Origin: Sulfolobales archaeon HS-7
GTDB lineage: Archaea > Thermoproteota > Thermoprotei_A > Sulfolobales > Sulfolobaceae
Reading direction: 5' to 3'
Length of the DNA: 64,000 nt
Assembly: GCA_019704295.1 (NCBI GenBank)
Contig: AP024596.1
Location: forward strand, 1,664,001 to 1,728,000
Part shown: piece by piece, positions 1 to 9,704 of the stretch
How positions within the stretch are numbered: the stretch's first letter is position 1
Layout: each line of letters begins with the position of its first letter
The notes under the pieces: model-generated
The model's input: the letters and a program-made list of their open reading frames with translations, nothing else
What the model was told of the DNA's origin: nothing
The model's database searches: none
Translations under genes and position numbers: made by a program

Positions 1-1100
1 TTCCTGATCTCGAGAGAGTCCATTCCTATGGTTTTGGAAAGTTCTTCGATTAACGTTTCATGTATTAATGCAGCCTCAGGCCTTCCTGCACCCCTATACG
101 GACCTGTAGGTGGGAGATTTGTAAATACGGAAATGGCCTCTACTTCGGCAAATCGCATTTTATAAGGACCTGTAAGGAGTCTTGCTGGAAACGATGCCAT
201 CATAGTATTAATGCTAAAGTTATACGCCCCTATATCGTGAATAACCCTACCCCTCAAACCAAGGATTGTGCCGTCCCATTTCGCAAAGAGCGTCGCGTTA
301 ATTATCATCCCCTTTCCATGAACCGGGTTATTAAGATGTTCAGTCCTAGTTTCGATCCATTTCACAGGTCTGCCTAACTTGATCGAAGCTATGGAAGCTA
401 TTACGTATTCTGCGTAGGTCTGAGATTTGTTCCCAAAGGCGCCTCCAACGTCAGGTGAGTACACCCTAATTTTCTCAGGAGCGAGCTGGAGGGTTTCGCT
501 TAAACCGTTCCTTATACCAAAAGGTGATTGGGATGATACGAAAACGTCAAGGACGTCATCGTGATAGTTGGCTATTACTCCCTTAGTTTCCATGGGGTTT
601 GCCACAACTCTAGACATCTCTATTTTTCTAGTTACCTCAACCTGAGATTCCCTAAATAACGCCAGTTCTCCTCCTTTAAAATTAACTACATTCGAGATAT
701 TTTTCGGTACATCGTCATATATTTGCACCGTCGGTTCTTCTATTGATAATGAGGGTTCTAAAGGCTCATATTCAACCGAAACTTCCTCAGCCACGTCTTC
801 CATATCATATCTGTTCTCAGTAATTACGGCAGCCACAGGTTGACCGTAAAAATTAACTACTCCGTCAGCGAGAACGGGCATTTTCTTTACTTTGGCACCA
901 GGATATTGAGCGGCAGGAAGGAACAGTTCCAGATCTTTTCCAGTGAGGAACAAGAGAGCGTTTGAAGGTGAATTAATTCTCCTTATTCTCGCCCTAGCGT
1001 AAGGAGACCTAACTATGTAAAGGTACGTTTGGTTATCCAGGGAAATGTCATCTACGTATTTTCCTTGACCCTTTATCAAGAATATTGCTCGCTCACTCAT
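1..1100 (-). CDS. cutA: Molybdopterin hydroxylase large subunit (CutA/CoxL-like, aldehyde oxidoreductase type), runs off window start
   Basis: Not in ORF track. Manual translation from ATG at 1100: MSERAIFLIKGQGKYVDDI...YIVRSPYARARI...; later SPDVGGAFG and TGPYRGAGRPEAA motifs. Confidence 0.85.
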   Translation of the reverse strand, partial: MSERAIFLIKGQGKYVDDISLDNQTYLYIVRSPYARARIRRINSPSNALLFLTGKDLELFLPAAQYPGAKVKKMPVLADGVVNFYGQPVAAVITENRYDMEDVAEEVSVEYEPLEPSLSIEEPTVQIYDDVPKNISNVVNFKGGELALFRESQVEVTRKIEMSRVVANPMETKGVIANYHDDVLDVFVSSQSPFGIRNGLSETLQLAPEKIRVYSPDVGGAFGNKSQTYAEYVIASIASIKLGRPVKWIETRTEHLNNPVHGKGMIINATLFAKWDGTILGLRGRVIHDIGAYNFSINTMMASFPARLLTGPYKMRFAEVEAISVFTNLPPTGPYRGAGRPEAALIHETLIEELSKTIGMDSLEIR

Positions 1101-1532
1101 ATGAGAAATGAGGTTATCACTTATTTTTATCTTTACGGGGGTCCAGTAACATTTCGGTTAAACCCCAAGCATAGTTTCCACTGAGGCAATACATGCTTCG
1201 CCGCTAACACAGTAATGGAAATAGTAAGTCCAGAACGCTGCCTACATCAACATCGTAGTGGATTGCTATCCTCTTAGTGCTATGTGTTTTCCCCGTGGAA
1301 GCCTCATTCAATAACATTCGGCAACTAGTAACTCACCGTTTCAACAATGTTCAGTAAGGCACTGCTTAACCGCCCTCTAAGCTCATACCTCCTTACAAAA
1401 TTAGTTAACGAGGTTAATATCGTTTAAAGATAGCATACCTAATCAAGTAATAATTTTTATAACTTATCGAAAGGATAACTTAGTTAAACCATGCCATAAC
1501 AGCATAATAGACCCCAAGAGAAGTTTTTATTT

Positions 1533-2045
1533 TTGCTTAAGGATACACACTTTGTGGAAGATCCTTACAGGAGTGTGTTAGAGAAGCTTGTTAAACTACT
1601 GTCAGAGGAGTTTGGGGATAAGCTGATCTCCGTCGTAATTTACGGAAGTGTAGCAAGAGGTGATAACAGGAAGGATAGTGACGTTGATTTGCTATTGGTC
1701 ATAAAGGAGTTACCAAAAACATTAACCGAGAGAATAATGCTATTCGAAAAAGTAGAAAAGGGGATCGAAGACGATATAGAAAGGCTTAGGGATCAAGGAT
1801 ATTACGTAACCTTGTCTCCCATAATGAAAACTCCAGAGGAGGCAGTGAGGTTTTCTCCTCTTTATATGGACATGACTGAAGACGCAATAATTCTTTACGA
1901 CAAGGACCACTTCTTTAAGACAGTACTTGACGAGACCAAAGAAAGGTTACAGAAATTAGGTTTCGAGAGAGTCTGGGTGTCTAAAAAAGTATGGTATTGG
2001 AGGAAGAAGGATTACAAATTCGGCGAAGTAATCAACTTCGGGTGA
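1533..2045 (+). CDS. Minimal nucleotidyltransferase (MNT antitoxin-like)
   Basis: YGSVARGD...DSDVDLL motif; GTGA overlap with downstream HEPN gene. Confidence 0.85.
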   Translation: MLKDTHFVEDPYRSVLEKLVKLLSEEFGDKLISVVIYGSVARGDNRKDSDVDLLLVIKELPKTLTERIMLFEKVEKGIEDDIERLRDQGYYVTLSPIMKTPEEAVRFSPLYMDMTEDAIILYDKDHFFKTVLDETKERLQKLGFERVWVSKKVWYWRKKDYKFGEVINFG

Positions 2046-2470
2046 GGCTTACGAATAACAACGACATCGCGAAATCCTACGTTACCCAGGCCGAAGAGAG
2101 GATAAAACATTCAAAAGAAGCGTTGAGTGAAGGCAGTTATCCTTATGTGGTGAGACAATGTCAAGAGGCCGTGGAATTACTCCTTAAAGCTTCCCTGAGA
2201 TATGTGGGCATAGAGCCGCCTAAACTTCACGATGTCGGATATCTCCTTAAGAAAGAAAAAGATAGGTTTCCCCAATGGTTTCAGGAGAGAATAGATGAAT
2301 TAGCATACTATTCTAAAGTCCTAAGAAGGGAAAGGGAACCGGCAATGTATGGAGACGAGGAAACTGGAGCCACACCCGAAGAGTTGTACTCTAAGTTTGA
2401 CGCTGAAAATGCCTCTAAGATGTGCGCGATTGTCTATGAACTAGTGAAAAAACTTATTAAAACTGATTAG
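2042..2470 (+). CDS. HEPN domain protein (MNT-HEPN pair)
   Basis: QCQEAVELLLKA, HDV and REPAMY motifs; likely start is GTG 2042 overlapping the MNT stop (ORF track starts 1991). Confidence 0.85.
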   Translation: MRLTNNNDIAKSYVTQAEERIKHSKEALSEGSYPYVVRQCQEAVELLLKASLRYVGIEPPKLHDVGYLLKKEKDRFPQWFQERIDELAYYSKVLRREREPAMYGDEETGATPEELYSKFDAENASKMCAIVYELVKKLIKTD

Positions 2471-3295
2471 GCGTATTATCCTTTGTCAGACCTTAAAGGC
2501 CAAAGTGAATGGTTTATGCATAACCAAACATTTCGAAGTTATGATTCCTAGTGTCCCAAAGTTAGGCACTGCCGCATGAGATTTTTCCCTTGATCCTTAA
2601 AGTATAACTAAGTATGCTAAATAGATTAATAACCATACTAGTATTTGGTTCTTGTTTATCTTACAGATATCTCTTTAAATATTATATATGTTTAGTTTTC
2701 CGCCTGAGGTAGGGTAAGAAAGGAGGAAACGAATTAGCATTGCATAATTCTCTTCTTGCTGTACATTGTCTTGACCGAGTGGCGATCCTTGTGCCTGATA
2801 GTTCGACGTAGGGAGTCTGCAGATCTTTCTTCAGTCTTTGACCATGAACATAAAGCCCTTGAGGAAGCAGTACGTAGATTTCCTTTCCTCTTAACTACCA
2901 TTTCCTTACCTGGACTCCTCTCCTCGATGGCTTTGCTCTCCATCTACTCGACTGATTCGTTCAATAGTGAATATTACGCAATGTGATAAGAAGAAACCTA
3001 GTACCTCGTTCGGTGAAGGACGTTACTTTAAGCTGTTTCATGGTATTATCTTTCCCTCGAACGATATTTACCATTATCGAGTAGGTAATCAATTGGTTAA
3101 TTTCAAAATAATAAAATTGTGAATTAGTTATAGACACGTAAGCAGCCGTCCGGCCTGTTCCAGGCGTATTTCTCTCTCCTATGCAATTTTTGGACCACAG
3201 CTTAAATAGGTTAGGGAAAGCTTAACTACACACTGTCCCCCATTATAACAGACACGCAGAGAAGTTCTTATATAAATTGCTGAATTCTATTAATA

Positions 3296-3721
3296 ATGAA
3301 CAATATGGGTAAATATAATGGTATTGGGAGGAACCAATTAGTGGGAAACGCTGGCCTCTATTATGTGTGCTACGAGTTAAGCAAGAGGGGATGGAATGCA
3401 ATGCCGACCTCCCGCAATGCTAGGGGAGTTGACGTAGTTATATACAATCAGAAAGGATCTAATTCGCATACTATACAAGTTAAGGCTCTTTCGAAAAGAA
3501 GTCCTGTTCCATTCGGCAAAACTCTTAGTAACCTCATCGCAGAATACGTTGTTGTAGTTACCGACATCTTTAATCAACCTAAGCTATATATTGTAGATAC
3601 ACCAACAGTAAAATCCCTAATTCACGAGGGCTTAAAGGACGGTAGAAGGAGTTATTGGTTTCAGCCTAACGATTATGAGCAATTCAAGGACAACTGGTCC
3701 CTTCTTGGTAACCCATATTAG
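3296..3721 (+). CDS. PD-(D/E)XK-like nuclease fold protein
   Basis: VCYELSKRG...GVD...IQVK pattern; own TATA (TTATATAAA) about 25 nt upstream. Confidence 0.6.
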   Translation: MNNMGKYNGIGRNQLVGNAGLYYVCYELSKRGWNAMPTSRNARGVDVVIYNQKGSNSHTIQVKALSKRSPVPFGKTLSNLIAEYVVVVTDIFNQPKLYIVDTPTVKSLIHEGLKDGRRSYWFQPNDYEQFKDNWSLLGNPY

Positions 3722-3821
3722 GGGATACGAGCGAATTAAGAAAGAGTTACTCGTTTACAACTCTAATCAAATGCTGTAAAACCCAAAAGTATCATTTGCC
3801 TTCTGATCTAAAACGACCCGT

Positions 3822-4238
3822 CTATAATTCAACTGTTAATTCCACATCGCTAATACGCGGGACTCCAAATAACCTTATGTAATTTTCGATCCCCCTTGTG
3901 TACCTCACATCCACGTATTCTACGCGCGTAAAATTGAAAATAATAGGTAAGGAGGTCTGTGTGAAAGGTCTTGTCCTCAACTCCCTTGATATATGTTCGA
4001 CGAACCTTGCTAATTCTGGGATCTTAGCGTAAGCGACGTAGCCTATAATCTTAAACCTATCCTTTAACTCCTCATACTGATCGTGGATTAGAGCGATCCT
4101 TAATGATCTACCTCCTGGAATTTCTTCAAAAAAGGAATAGGAAAGGAGAAAGTCCTTATCTCTGACCAATGGGAAGCCTTCGTACTCGACTTTTGTAGTT
4201 GATCGGAGATTAGGCGGTAAAGAAATCCTTAACTTCAC
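3822..4238 (-). CDS. Hypothetical protein, coupled downstream of dpo4
   Basis: 138-aa ORF with 4-nt overlap with dpo4 stop. Confidence 0.6.
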   Translation of the reverse strand: MKLRISLPPNLRSTTKVEYEGFPLVRDKDFLLSYSFFEEIPGGRSLRIALIHDQYEELKDRFKIIGYVAYAKIPELARFVEHISRELRTRPFTQTSLPIIFNFTRVEYVDVRYTRGIENYIRLFGVPRISDVELTVEL

Positions 4239-5284
4239 TTCCTGTCTCCCAGGAAATCGTCAAGAGTTGTCACATTTGTAACTTTAGAGATCTTCACTCC
4301 TGCCCGCCTAACTTTTCTTTTATCCTCGTTAAGCAACTTCATGAGAAGGCCCCTGATAACGTTCCTCGCCTCCGTTTTCGGTATCCCCCTGTTTTTCGTA
4401 ATACTCCTCGTAACGAGGTCTAGGTCCTCCATTATAAGAATTATCCCCACCTCTTTCGGTAGTCCGTTTGCTTTGAGATATACCTCATCAATAGCTATTG
4501 ATATTGCCTCGAAAATATCGTCTAGGTCCCGGGAGTTCTTTTTCAGTGTAAGTATTCTATTATAGCTCTTCCTTTCCCTTTGTCTAACAGGTTCGTTGTA
4601 GGTGTTGGTGGCTAGCCTGAACAAGTACCTCGCTTTCGAACTACCGATTAATTTTCTTAACTGAGTATATTCAAAATTAGTTATATCCCTTAAGTATACC
4701 ACTCCGGCCTCTTCGAGCTTCCTCGCTAAGGTGTCTCCTATTCCTGGTACTTCGGATATGGCGACTGTCTGCAGGAATTCAGCGGTGTTCTTCACCACCA
4801 TTAGACCGTCCGGTTTTGAACGATCAGCAGCGATCTTCGCTATCACCTTATTCTGTCCAATTCCAACGGTAACCCTTATCCCGGTAGAGCCAAGTATTGC
4901 CTCTTTGAGTTTCCTCCCTATTTCCTCAGCTTCACGATCGCTTACGTTTCCAATATCCAAGTAGGCCTCATCTATGCTGGCAACCTCCATCGCTCTCCCG
5001 TATTTCGCGATAATGTTCATTATCCTGGAAGAGTATTGCCTGTAAAGGTCCTTTCTCATCGGAAGGAGAGTAATTGAATCTCCTCCAAGTTCTATTGCCC
5101 TAGATATAGGTATCCCGGACTTTACTCCTAGTTTTCTCGCCTCATAATTAGCCGTAGCTACGGCTCCACTTATCTCATTTCTTCCTGAAAACACGCATAC
5201 TGCTACGGGTTTTCCCCTCAGGCTGGGATTCTCAACCTCCTCCACCTGAACGTAAAAGTAGTCGAAATCCACAAAAAGGATCAT
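4235..5284 (-). CDS. dpo4: Y-family translesion DNA polymerase IV (Dpo4/Dbh)
   Basis: ILFVDFDYFY, ATANYEAR, SIDEAYLD motifs; C-terminal PIP-like TLDDFL. Confidence 0.95.
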   Translation of the reverse strand: MILFVDFDYFYVQVEEVENPSLRGKPVAVCVFSGRNEISGAVATANYEARKLGVKSGIPISRAIELGGDSITLLPMRKDLYRQYSSRIMNIIAKYGRAMEVASIDEAYLDIGNVSDREAEEIGRKLKEAILGSTGIRVTVGIGQNKVIAKIAADRSKPDGLMVVKNTAEFLQTVAISEVPGIGDTLARKLEEAGVVYLRDITNFEYTQLRKLIGSSKARYLFRLATNTYNEPVRQRERKSYNRILTLKKNSRDLDDIFEAISIAIDEVYLKANGLPKEVGIILIMEDLDLVTRSITKNRGIPKTEARNVIRGLLMKLLNEDKRKVRRAGVKISKVTNVTTLDDFLGDRK

Positions 5285-6126
5285 TTACATCTTACCCTAG
5301 GGGTAAAGTCCCTAAGTTTGGCTTCAATCTCCTCTCTGGATATGGGGAAGATCCCCCCTATTTTACCGAGTTTCATCGACGCAGCGGTAACTGCGTATCT
5401 TAGCGACAAGTTTACTTTTTTCGTTTCGTAATATAGTACATTGAAGGTAGCGTCAAATACGTCACCTGCACCAGTAGTATCGTTTATCTTCTCCGCGGGA
5501 TAAGCCTCTACCTCACAATTTTCTAATCCCTCTGTCCTTGCCCCCTTTTTCCCCATCTTGATCACCGTTAGCCTCGCATCATAGGAACTGACTTTCTCGT
5601 ATTCCCTTTCATTACAAAATAGAACGTCTACTGTAGTTCCCAGTTTCCCCGCATATTGACCTGGGTCATAGGTTAGTAGGCCTTTTTCCGGTTTAATCAC
5701 GTAATTCGGGGAGATCGATGCGAAGTGAACTACGTCAAATAAATTGACTGCATCCCTTAACTTACCTAACATCTCCTGGCTGAGGGACGTAGCTGTCCTC
5801 CTGATGATCGAGATACTTCCGTCCCTCCTAAGAAATATCAGAGTGACGTTAGGCTTTTCGTTAACCTCCATTACGTACTCCAGACCCACTCCATATGACG
5901 CCAGTGTATTTAGCAGTGTTCGAGTAATATCGTCCTTAGCAACCGGGGCTACCAGAACTGAGGAATGTCCCAGCGTGGTAGCAGTAACTGCGTAATTAGT
6001 GGCAGAACCCCCTGGTACTATCTCTAAAACGTCGGTTGTTTCTGACGAGTCAACTTCAGGTATACGATTCACTGTAGTGATCACATCAATGTTGAACTTT
6101 CCGATCGAAATGTGATTAGCCTTCAT
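5281..6126 (-). CDS. PfkB/ribokinase family carbohydrate kinase
   Basis: PGGSATN and DTTGAGDVF signatures. Confidence 0.9.
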   Translation of the reverse strand: MKANHISIGKFNIDVITTVNRIPEVDSSETTDVLEIVPGGSATNYAVTATTLGHSSVLVAPVAKDDITRTLLNTLASYGVGLEYVMEVNEKPNVTLIFLRRDGSISIIRRTATSLSQEMLGKLRDAVNLFDVVHFASISPNYVIKPEKGLLTYDPGQYAGKLGTTVDVLFCNEREYEKVSSYDARLTVIKMGKKGARTEGLENCEVEAYPAEKINDTTGAGDVFDATFNVLYYETKKVNLSLRYAVTAASMKLGKIGGIFPISREEIEAKLRDFTPRVRCK

Positions 6127-6172
6127 CAGACAGCCGCCGTCACATCATTTTTCAGGATAAAAAACTCTTCAT
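6126..6172 (-). ncRNA. C/D box sRNA
   Basis: Minus strand: C ATGAAGA - GTTTTTTATC - D' CTGA - C' ATGATGT - GACGGCGGCTGT - D CTGA. Confidence 0.8.
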
Positions 6173-6404
6173 CGTGATACTTGGTCAAATCTCGTATTTA
6201 GATTTTTGTATTATGACACACCGACAGAGGAAGATAGAGACCTGCGGGAGCATTAATGAATGATTCGCGTAGAGAGTACTTTACAAGTTTTATGTATCAT
6301 TAACAGTTGTTCAAATGCTCTAACTGGTTCTGAAGCATTAAATTACATCTTATTCATTAATGTAAAAATCTCATAAAACTTAGGAAACTGCAGATTCCAT
6401 TTTG

Positions 6405-8126
6405 CTATACTACTACGGCCTTAACTAGACCTGGAGGAGTATCTATAGGAAGTCCTAGTCTAACTCCTAATTTGTACGCGACAAGTTGGATGGGTATCGC
6501 ATTGACCACAGGGGAAAGGTCCCATCCAAAAGTTTTCTCCACTTTAATAACGAACACCTTTCCCTCCCTATCTGTAACCGTTTTTATCACCTTGTTGAAC
6601 AAGTCTTCTGCAGCTGTCTCAGCGGGTTTTATCGCAATAACCGGATGTCCCCTTAGGGTTAACGTTATGGGACCGTGTAGAAGCTCTCCAAGCTGAATCC
6701 CCTCTGCATGAGTTCCAGCAGCTTCCTTCAATTTTAGGGCGCCCTCAAGCGCTAATGGGTAATTAATCCCACTGCTTGTTACGTAAAGGCTTGCCGACTC
6801 TATCTTACTAGCTGCCGTCTCAGCCTCTTCTTCGAACGCGTTAAGAGAATCTTTAATAAATGAAGAGAGAGCTCTTATCCTAGACTCAAAGTCCGCTATA
6901 TCTCTATTTCCCGCCTTGCCGGAGTTTAACCCAACGTAAAGTGAGAGCGTTCTGAGAGCTATTAACGTAGAAGTAAAGGTCTTTGTCGCTGGAACAGCCA
7001 TTTCCGGTCCAGCGGTTATCGGTAAGTAAACGTTAGATTCCAAAGCTAATCTGGAACCCACTGAGTTTGTCACCCCTATTATTACCGCTCCTCTTATCTT
7101 AGCAAGCTTGACGCTCTTTATTACGTCCGACGTTTCTCCGCTCTGGCTAATCGCTATAATGACGGAACCCGTGGTTACATTCTCCAACGAATAATAGGGG
7201 AATTCCGCTGCGCTTACGACATGAGATTGAATTCCCATTTCGCCTAAGTAGTATGACGCTATTAAACCTGCGTGGAGGCTTGTACCATTACCTACTATGA
7301 AGACGTTTTTACCCCCGTAAACGATCATGCCGGCGAGGGTTAGATACTTCTGCATCAGAGAGTAGTAGGAGTTTATTACTGCTTCGGGTATATCGTATAT
7401 TTCCTTTAACATAAAGTGAGGAAATCCCGCCTTTTCGGAAATTTCCGGCTGATATTTAACCCTCTTAATTGAGGGTTTGGTTCCATCTGCGAAAATCTCA
7501 TAACTGGTTGGCAATACATATAAAACCGAATTGTCGGGGATTATGACCGCCTCCTCAGCAAAGCCGCTTAAGCTGGGAAGATCGCTCGAAAGGAAATAGC
7601 ACTCCTTTCCTAATCCTAACAATATAGGCTGACCTTTGTTTATTGCGTAAACCCCTTTCTCCCCCTTTTTTAATACTACAGCCGAGAATATTCCCTTCAC
7701 AGCATCCATAACCTCCTTTAAATCCTTTAACTCCAAAAGGTGAGCAAGAATCTCCGTATCCGTGGTTGAAACGAATTTGTGACCGGATTTGGTTAACTCG
7801 TCCCTTATTTTCTCATAATCGTCAATGATCCCATCCATGAAAACATAGATGTTTTTATGACAATCCATAAGGGGATGAGTGTTCTCCAGGGTGGGCCACC
7901 CCCTACTCGCGTACCTTGTGTGTCCCACAGCTAAGTAGCTTCTTTCATTTATACTGGTGGGGGAAGAGGAGACACTTCCCAACTGCTTTATCACAATGGG
8001 TTCCTCACCCCTAAAGTAAGTCAATCCCCACCCGTCGTACCCCCTGTAAATTAATCGCTGGAGGCCAATAATTACGTCCCGAACCTCCCTTTCCTTTGAA
8101 CAGATAAAACCAAATATTCCGCCCAT
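6405..8126 (-). CDS. glmS: Glucosamine-6-phosphate synthase-like (GATase II plus two SIS domains)
   Basis: YRGYD, GHTRYA, TTDTE, SQSGET, ATKTF, LKLKE, LVKAV motifs; starts MGGIFG (no Cys1). Confidence 0.88.
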   Translation of the reverse strand: MGGIFGFICSKEREVRDVIIGLQRLIYRGYDGWGLTYFRGEEPIVIKQLGSVSSSPTSINERSYLAVGHTRYASRGWPTLENTHPLMDCHKNIYVFMDGIIDDYEKIRDELTKSGHKFVSTTDTEILAHLLELKDLKEVMDAVKGIFSAVVLKKGEKGVYAINKGQPILLGLGKECYFLSSDLPSLSGFAEEAVIIPDNSVLYVLPTSYEIFADGTKPSIKRVKYQPEISEKAGFPHFMLKEIYDIPEAVINSYYSLMQKYLTLAGMIVYGGKNVFIVGNGTSLHAGLIASYYLGEMGIQSHVVSAAEFPYYSLENVTTGSVIIAISQSGETSDVIKSVKLAKIRGAVIIGVTNSVGSRLALESNVYLPITAGPEMAVPATKTFTSTLIALRTLSLYVGLNSGKAGNRDIADFESRIRALSSFIKDSLNAFEEEAETAASKIESASLYVTSSGINYPLALEGALKLKEAAGTHAEGIQLGELLHGPITLTLRGHPVIAIKPAETAAEDLFNKVIKTVTDREGKVFVIKVEKTFGWDLSPVVNAIPIQLVAYKLGVRLGLPIDTPPGLVKAVVV

Positions 8127-8268
8127 TCGATATTCATGTATACAATTAACTATACGTTTTTAAAATAGTATTGTTTTCCATAATTTCAAGTTCAATAATC
8201 CAATCGCGTTGGACTTAAGCCAGGGTAGATAAATTCAGTTTATGAAAAAAATAAGTCGAATTTGGTCC

Positions 8269-8754
8269 TTAACTTGAAGTAGATGTCTCCGTATCGTTAT
8301 CCTCCGGGGTTACTCTCAACAGAACTCTGTCATTAACTACCCTATTATGTCCCAGATGATCTCTAACATGATATGAGACGCTTATTGTAACTCTATACGT
8401 TCCTTTGTTTAGGTATACGTGAGCTTCAGGGTGGTGCAACGAGAGCGTAACAGTAAGATTTCCTATTACTATCGTCACATTGAATTGCGAGAACGTTGGT
8501 CTGACGACTCCCTCTATTAAATGTATAGTATAGTTACCGCTAGTAGGAATGGTTAATGTAGCGTTCTCAGTCTGATTACCTGTCTCACCAGCAGTAAGGT
8601 TTCCCAGGTTGAAGTATGCAGGGGTAATTTGCGGTCCATTGGAGTGGGCTGAGAAAGAGATATATGCCAAATTCCCAAGAATTCCGGAATCAGCTATCCC
8701 AACACCCGCTAATATTACTGCTCCTACTATTCCTAATATGAGTGGTTTATACAT
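8269..8754 (-). CDS. Secreted beta-rich glycoprotein, paralogous to 9705..10244
   Basis: Signal peptide, several N-x-S/T sequons, alternating hydrophobic beta strands. Confidence 0.7.
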   Translation of the reverse strand: MYKPLILGIVGAVILAGVGIADSGILGNLAYISFSAHSNGPQITPAYFNLGNLTAGETGNQTENATLTIPTSGNYTIHLIEGVVRPTFSQFNVTIVIGNLTVTLSLHHPEAHVYLNKGTYRVTISVSYHVRDHLGHNRVVNDRVLLRVTPEDNDTETSTSS

Positions 8755-8784
8755 ATTTCATCTAATTTATGTTCTCTTAACATT

Positions 8785-8828
8785 CTTTATAAGGCACTCG
8801 TTTCATTTGAGGATGGAACGATGGAACG
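8785..8828 (-). promoter_or_regulatory. Promoter with CGTTCCAT x2 tandem repeat about 20 nt upstream of TATA (TTATAAAG)
   Basis: Plus strand ATGGAACG at 8813 and 8821; an inverted copy CGTTTCAT at 8799. Confidence 0.55.
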
Positions 8829-9590
8829 TTATTGCTTATTGACGACTTCGTACCAGATTTTACCGTTTTCTCTTACCTCCTTTACGTAACCCAGTTTAAC
8901 TAATTTCTTAATTCTCCTATATGCGGTTGATTTCGGTAGACCTGTTGATCTAACAACGTCAGCTAACGTCTTCGAACCGTTCCTTATCGATTCAAGTACA
9001 ACTAGATCCCTATCGTTTAGCTGTTCATTGTTTAATTCCGGCTCATCCTCGCGTTGAGCCTTACGTTGTCTTAACTGGGCTATAACGGCATAGGAGAGTG
9101 TACCATTAATTATCACAAGACCTACTATAATTAAAAGGAGCTGAACATTATTTTCACGAGTCGTAGGAATGGTTTGGGAGTACAGTATTTCGAAGCTTTC
9201 CCCATAGAACGAAATGTTATAATATCCGTGAGATGAGTAAAGACCGCATGGTGACGGATTTACATACAGTATATTATACTCTTCGGGGATTAAAACGAAA
9301 TAAGTTACGTTATACGGTTCCTCTCCAACTAAAACTCCTGCTTTAAACTTGGCTACGTAAGTGATTGTTGCGTTAGAGTAAATATGGATTACCGAATCGT
9401 TAATTTGATAGGATGAACCGAGAACCTTAATGTTACTAGCGTTCTCACCTATCAGGTAGAATACCCTCTCATTTGTAATATGAGCGACTACTGTACCATT
9501 ATATAATACAGTTATAGTACTAGCTTTGACCGTAAAGACTAAGGGAAACAGCAATATTAACGATATCAGCACTAGCTTCCAAGAATTCAT
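8829..9590 (-). CDS. Membrane-anchored HTH regulator (signal peptide, extracellular domain, TM helix, C-terminal winged HTH)
   Basis: LNDRDLVVLESIRNG...LADVVRSTGLPKSTAYRRIKKLVKLG after a TM segment. Confidence 0.8.
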   Translation of the reverse strand: MNSWKLVLISLILLFPLVFTVKASTITVLYNGTVVAHITNERVFYLIGENASNIKVLGSSYQINDSVIHIYSNATITYVAKFKAGVLVGEEPYNVTYFVLIPEEYNILYVNPSPCGLYSSHGYYNISFYGESFEILYSQTIPTTRENNVQLLLIIVGLVIINGTLSYAVIAQLRQRKAQREDEPELNNEQLNDRDLVVLESIRNGSKTLADVVRSTGLPKSTAYRRIKKLVKLGYVKEVRENGKIWYEVVNKQ

Positions 9591-9636
9591 CCTTGTACAA
9601 TTAATTGTTATCGCTTTTAATTCTATTTCTTACAAC

Positions 9637-9681
9637 TGTTCCACCGTTCCATGAAATGGTTAGGAAATAATGCTTTTTAGA
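9637..9681 (+). promoter_or_regulatory. Promoter with TGTTCCAC-CGTTCCAT tandem repeat about 21 nt upstream of a TATA-like TTTTTAGA
   Basis: Same 8-nt-period repeat as 8813..8828, same orientation relative to transcription. Confidence 0.55.
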
Positions 9682-9704
9682 GACGTTGACTAAAAGAGAC
9701 TAAA

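Noticed and set aside
1-1100. Aerobic CO dehydrogenase (form I)
   Set aside because: Active-site loop is PYRGAGR, not AYxCSFR
1140-1400. Possible decayed gene on the minus strand (GGAGGT ATG..., RIAIHYDVDV fragment)
   Set aside because: Multiple stops and no family I can recognise with confidence
2734-2986. Two overlapping short ORFs
   Set aside because: No motifs; could be pseudogene debris but cannot be assigned
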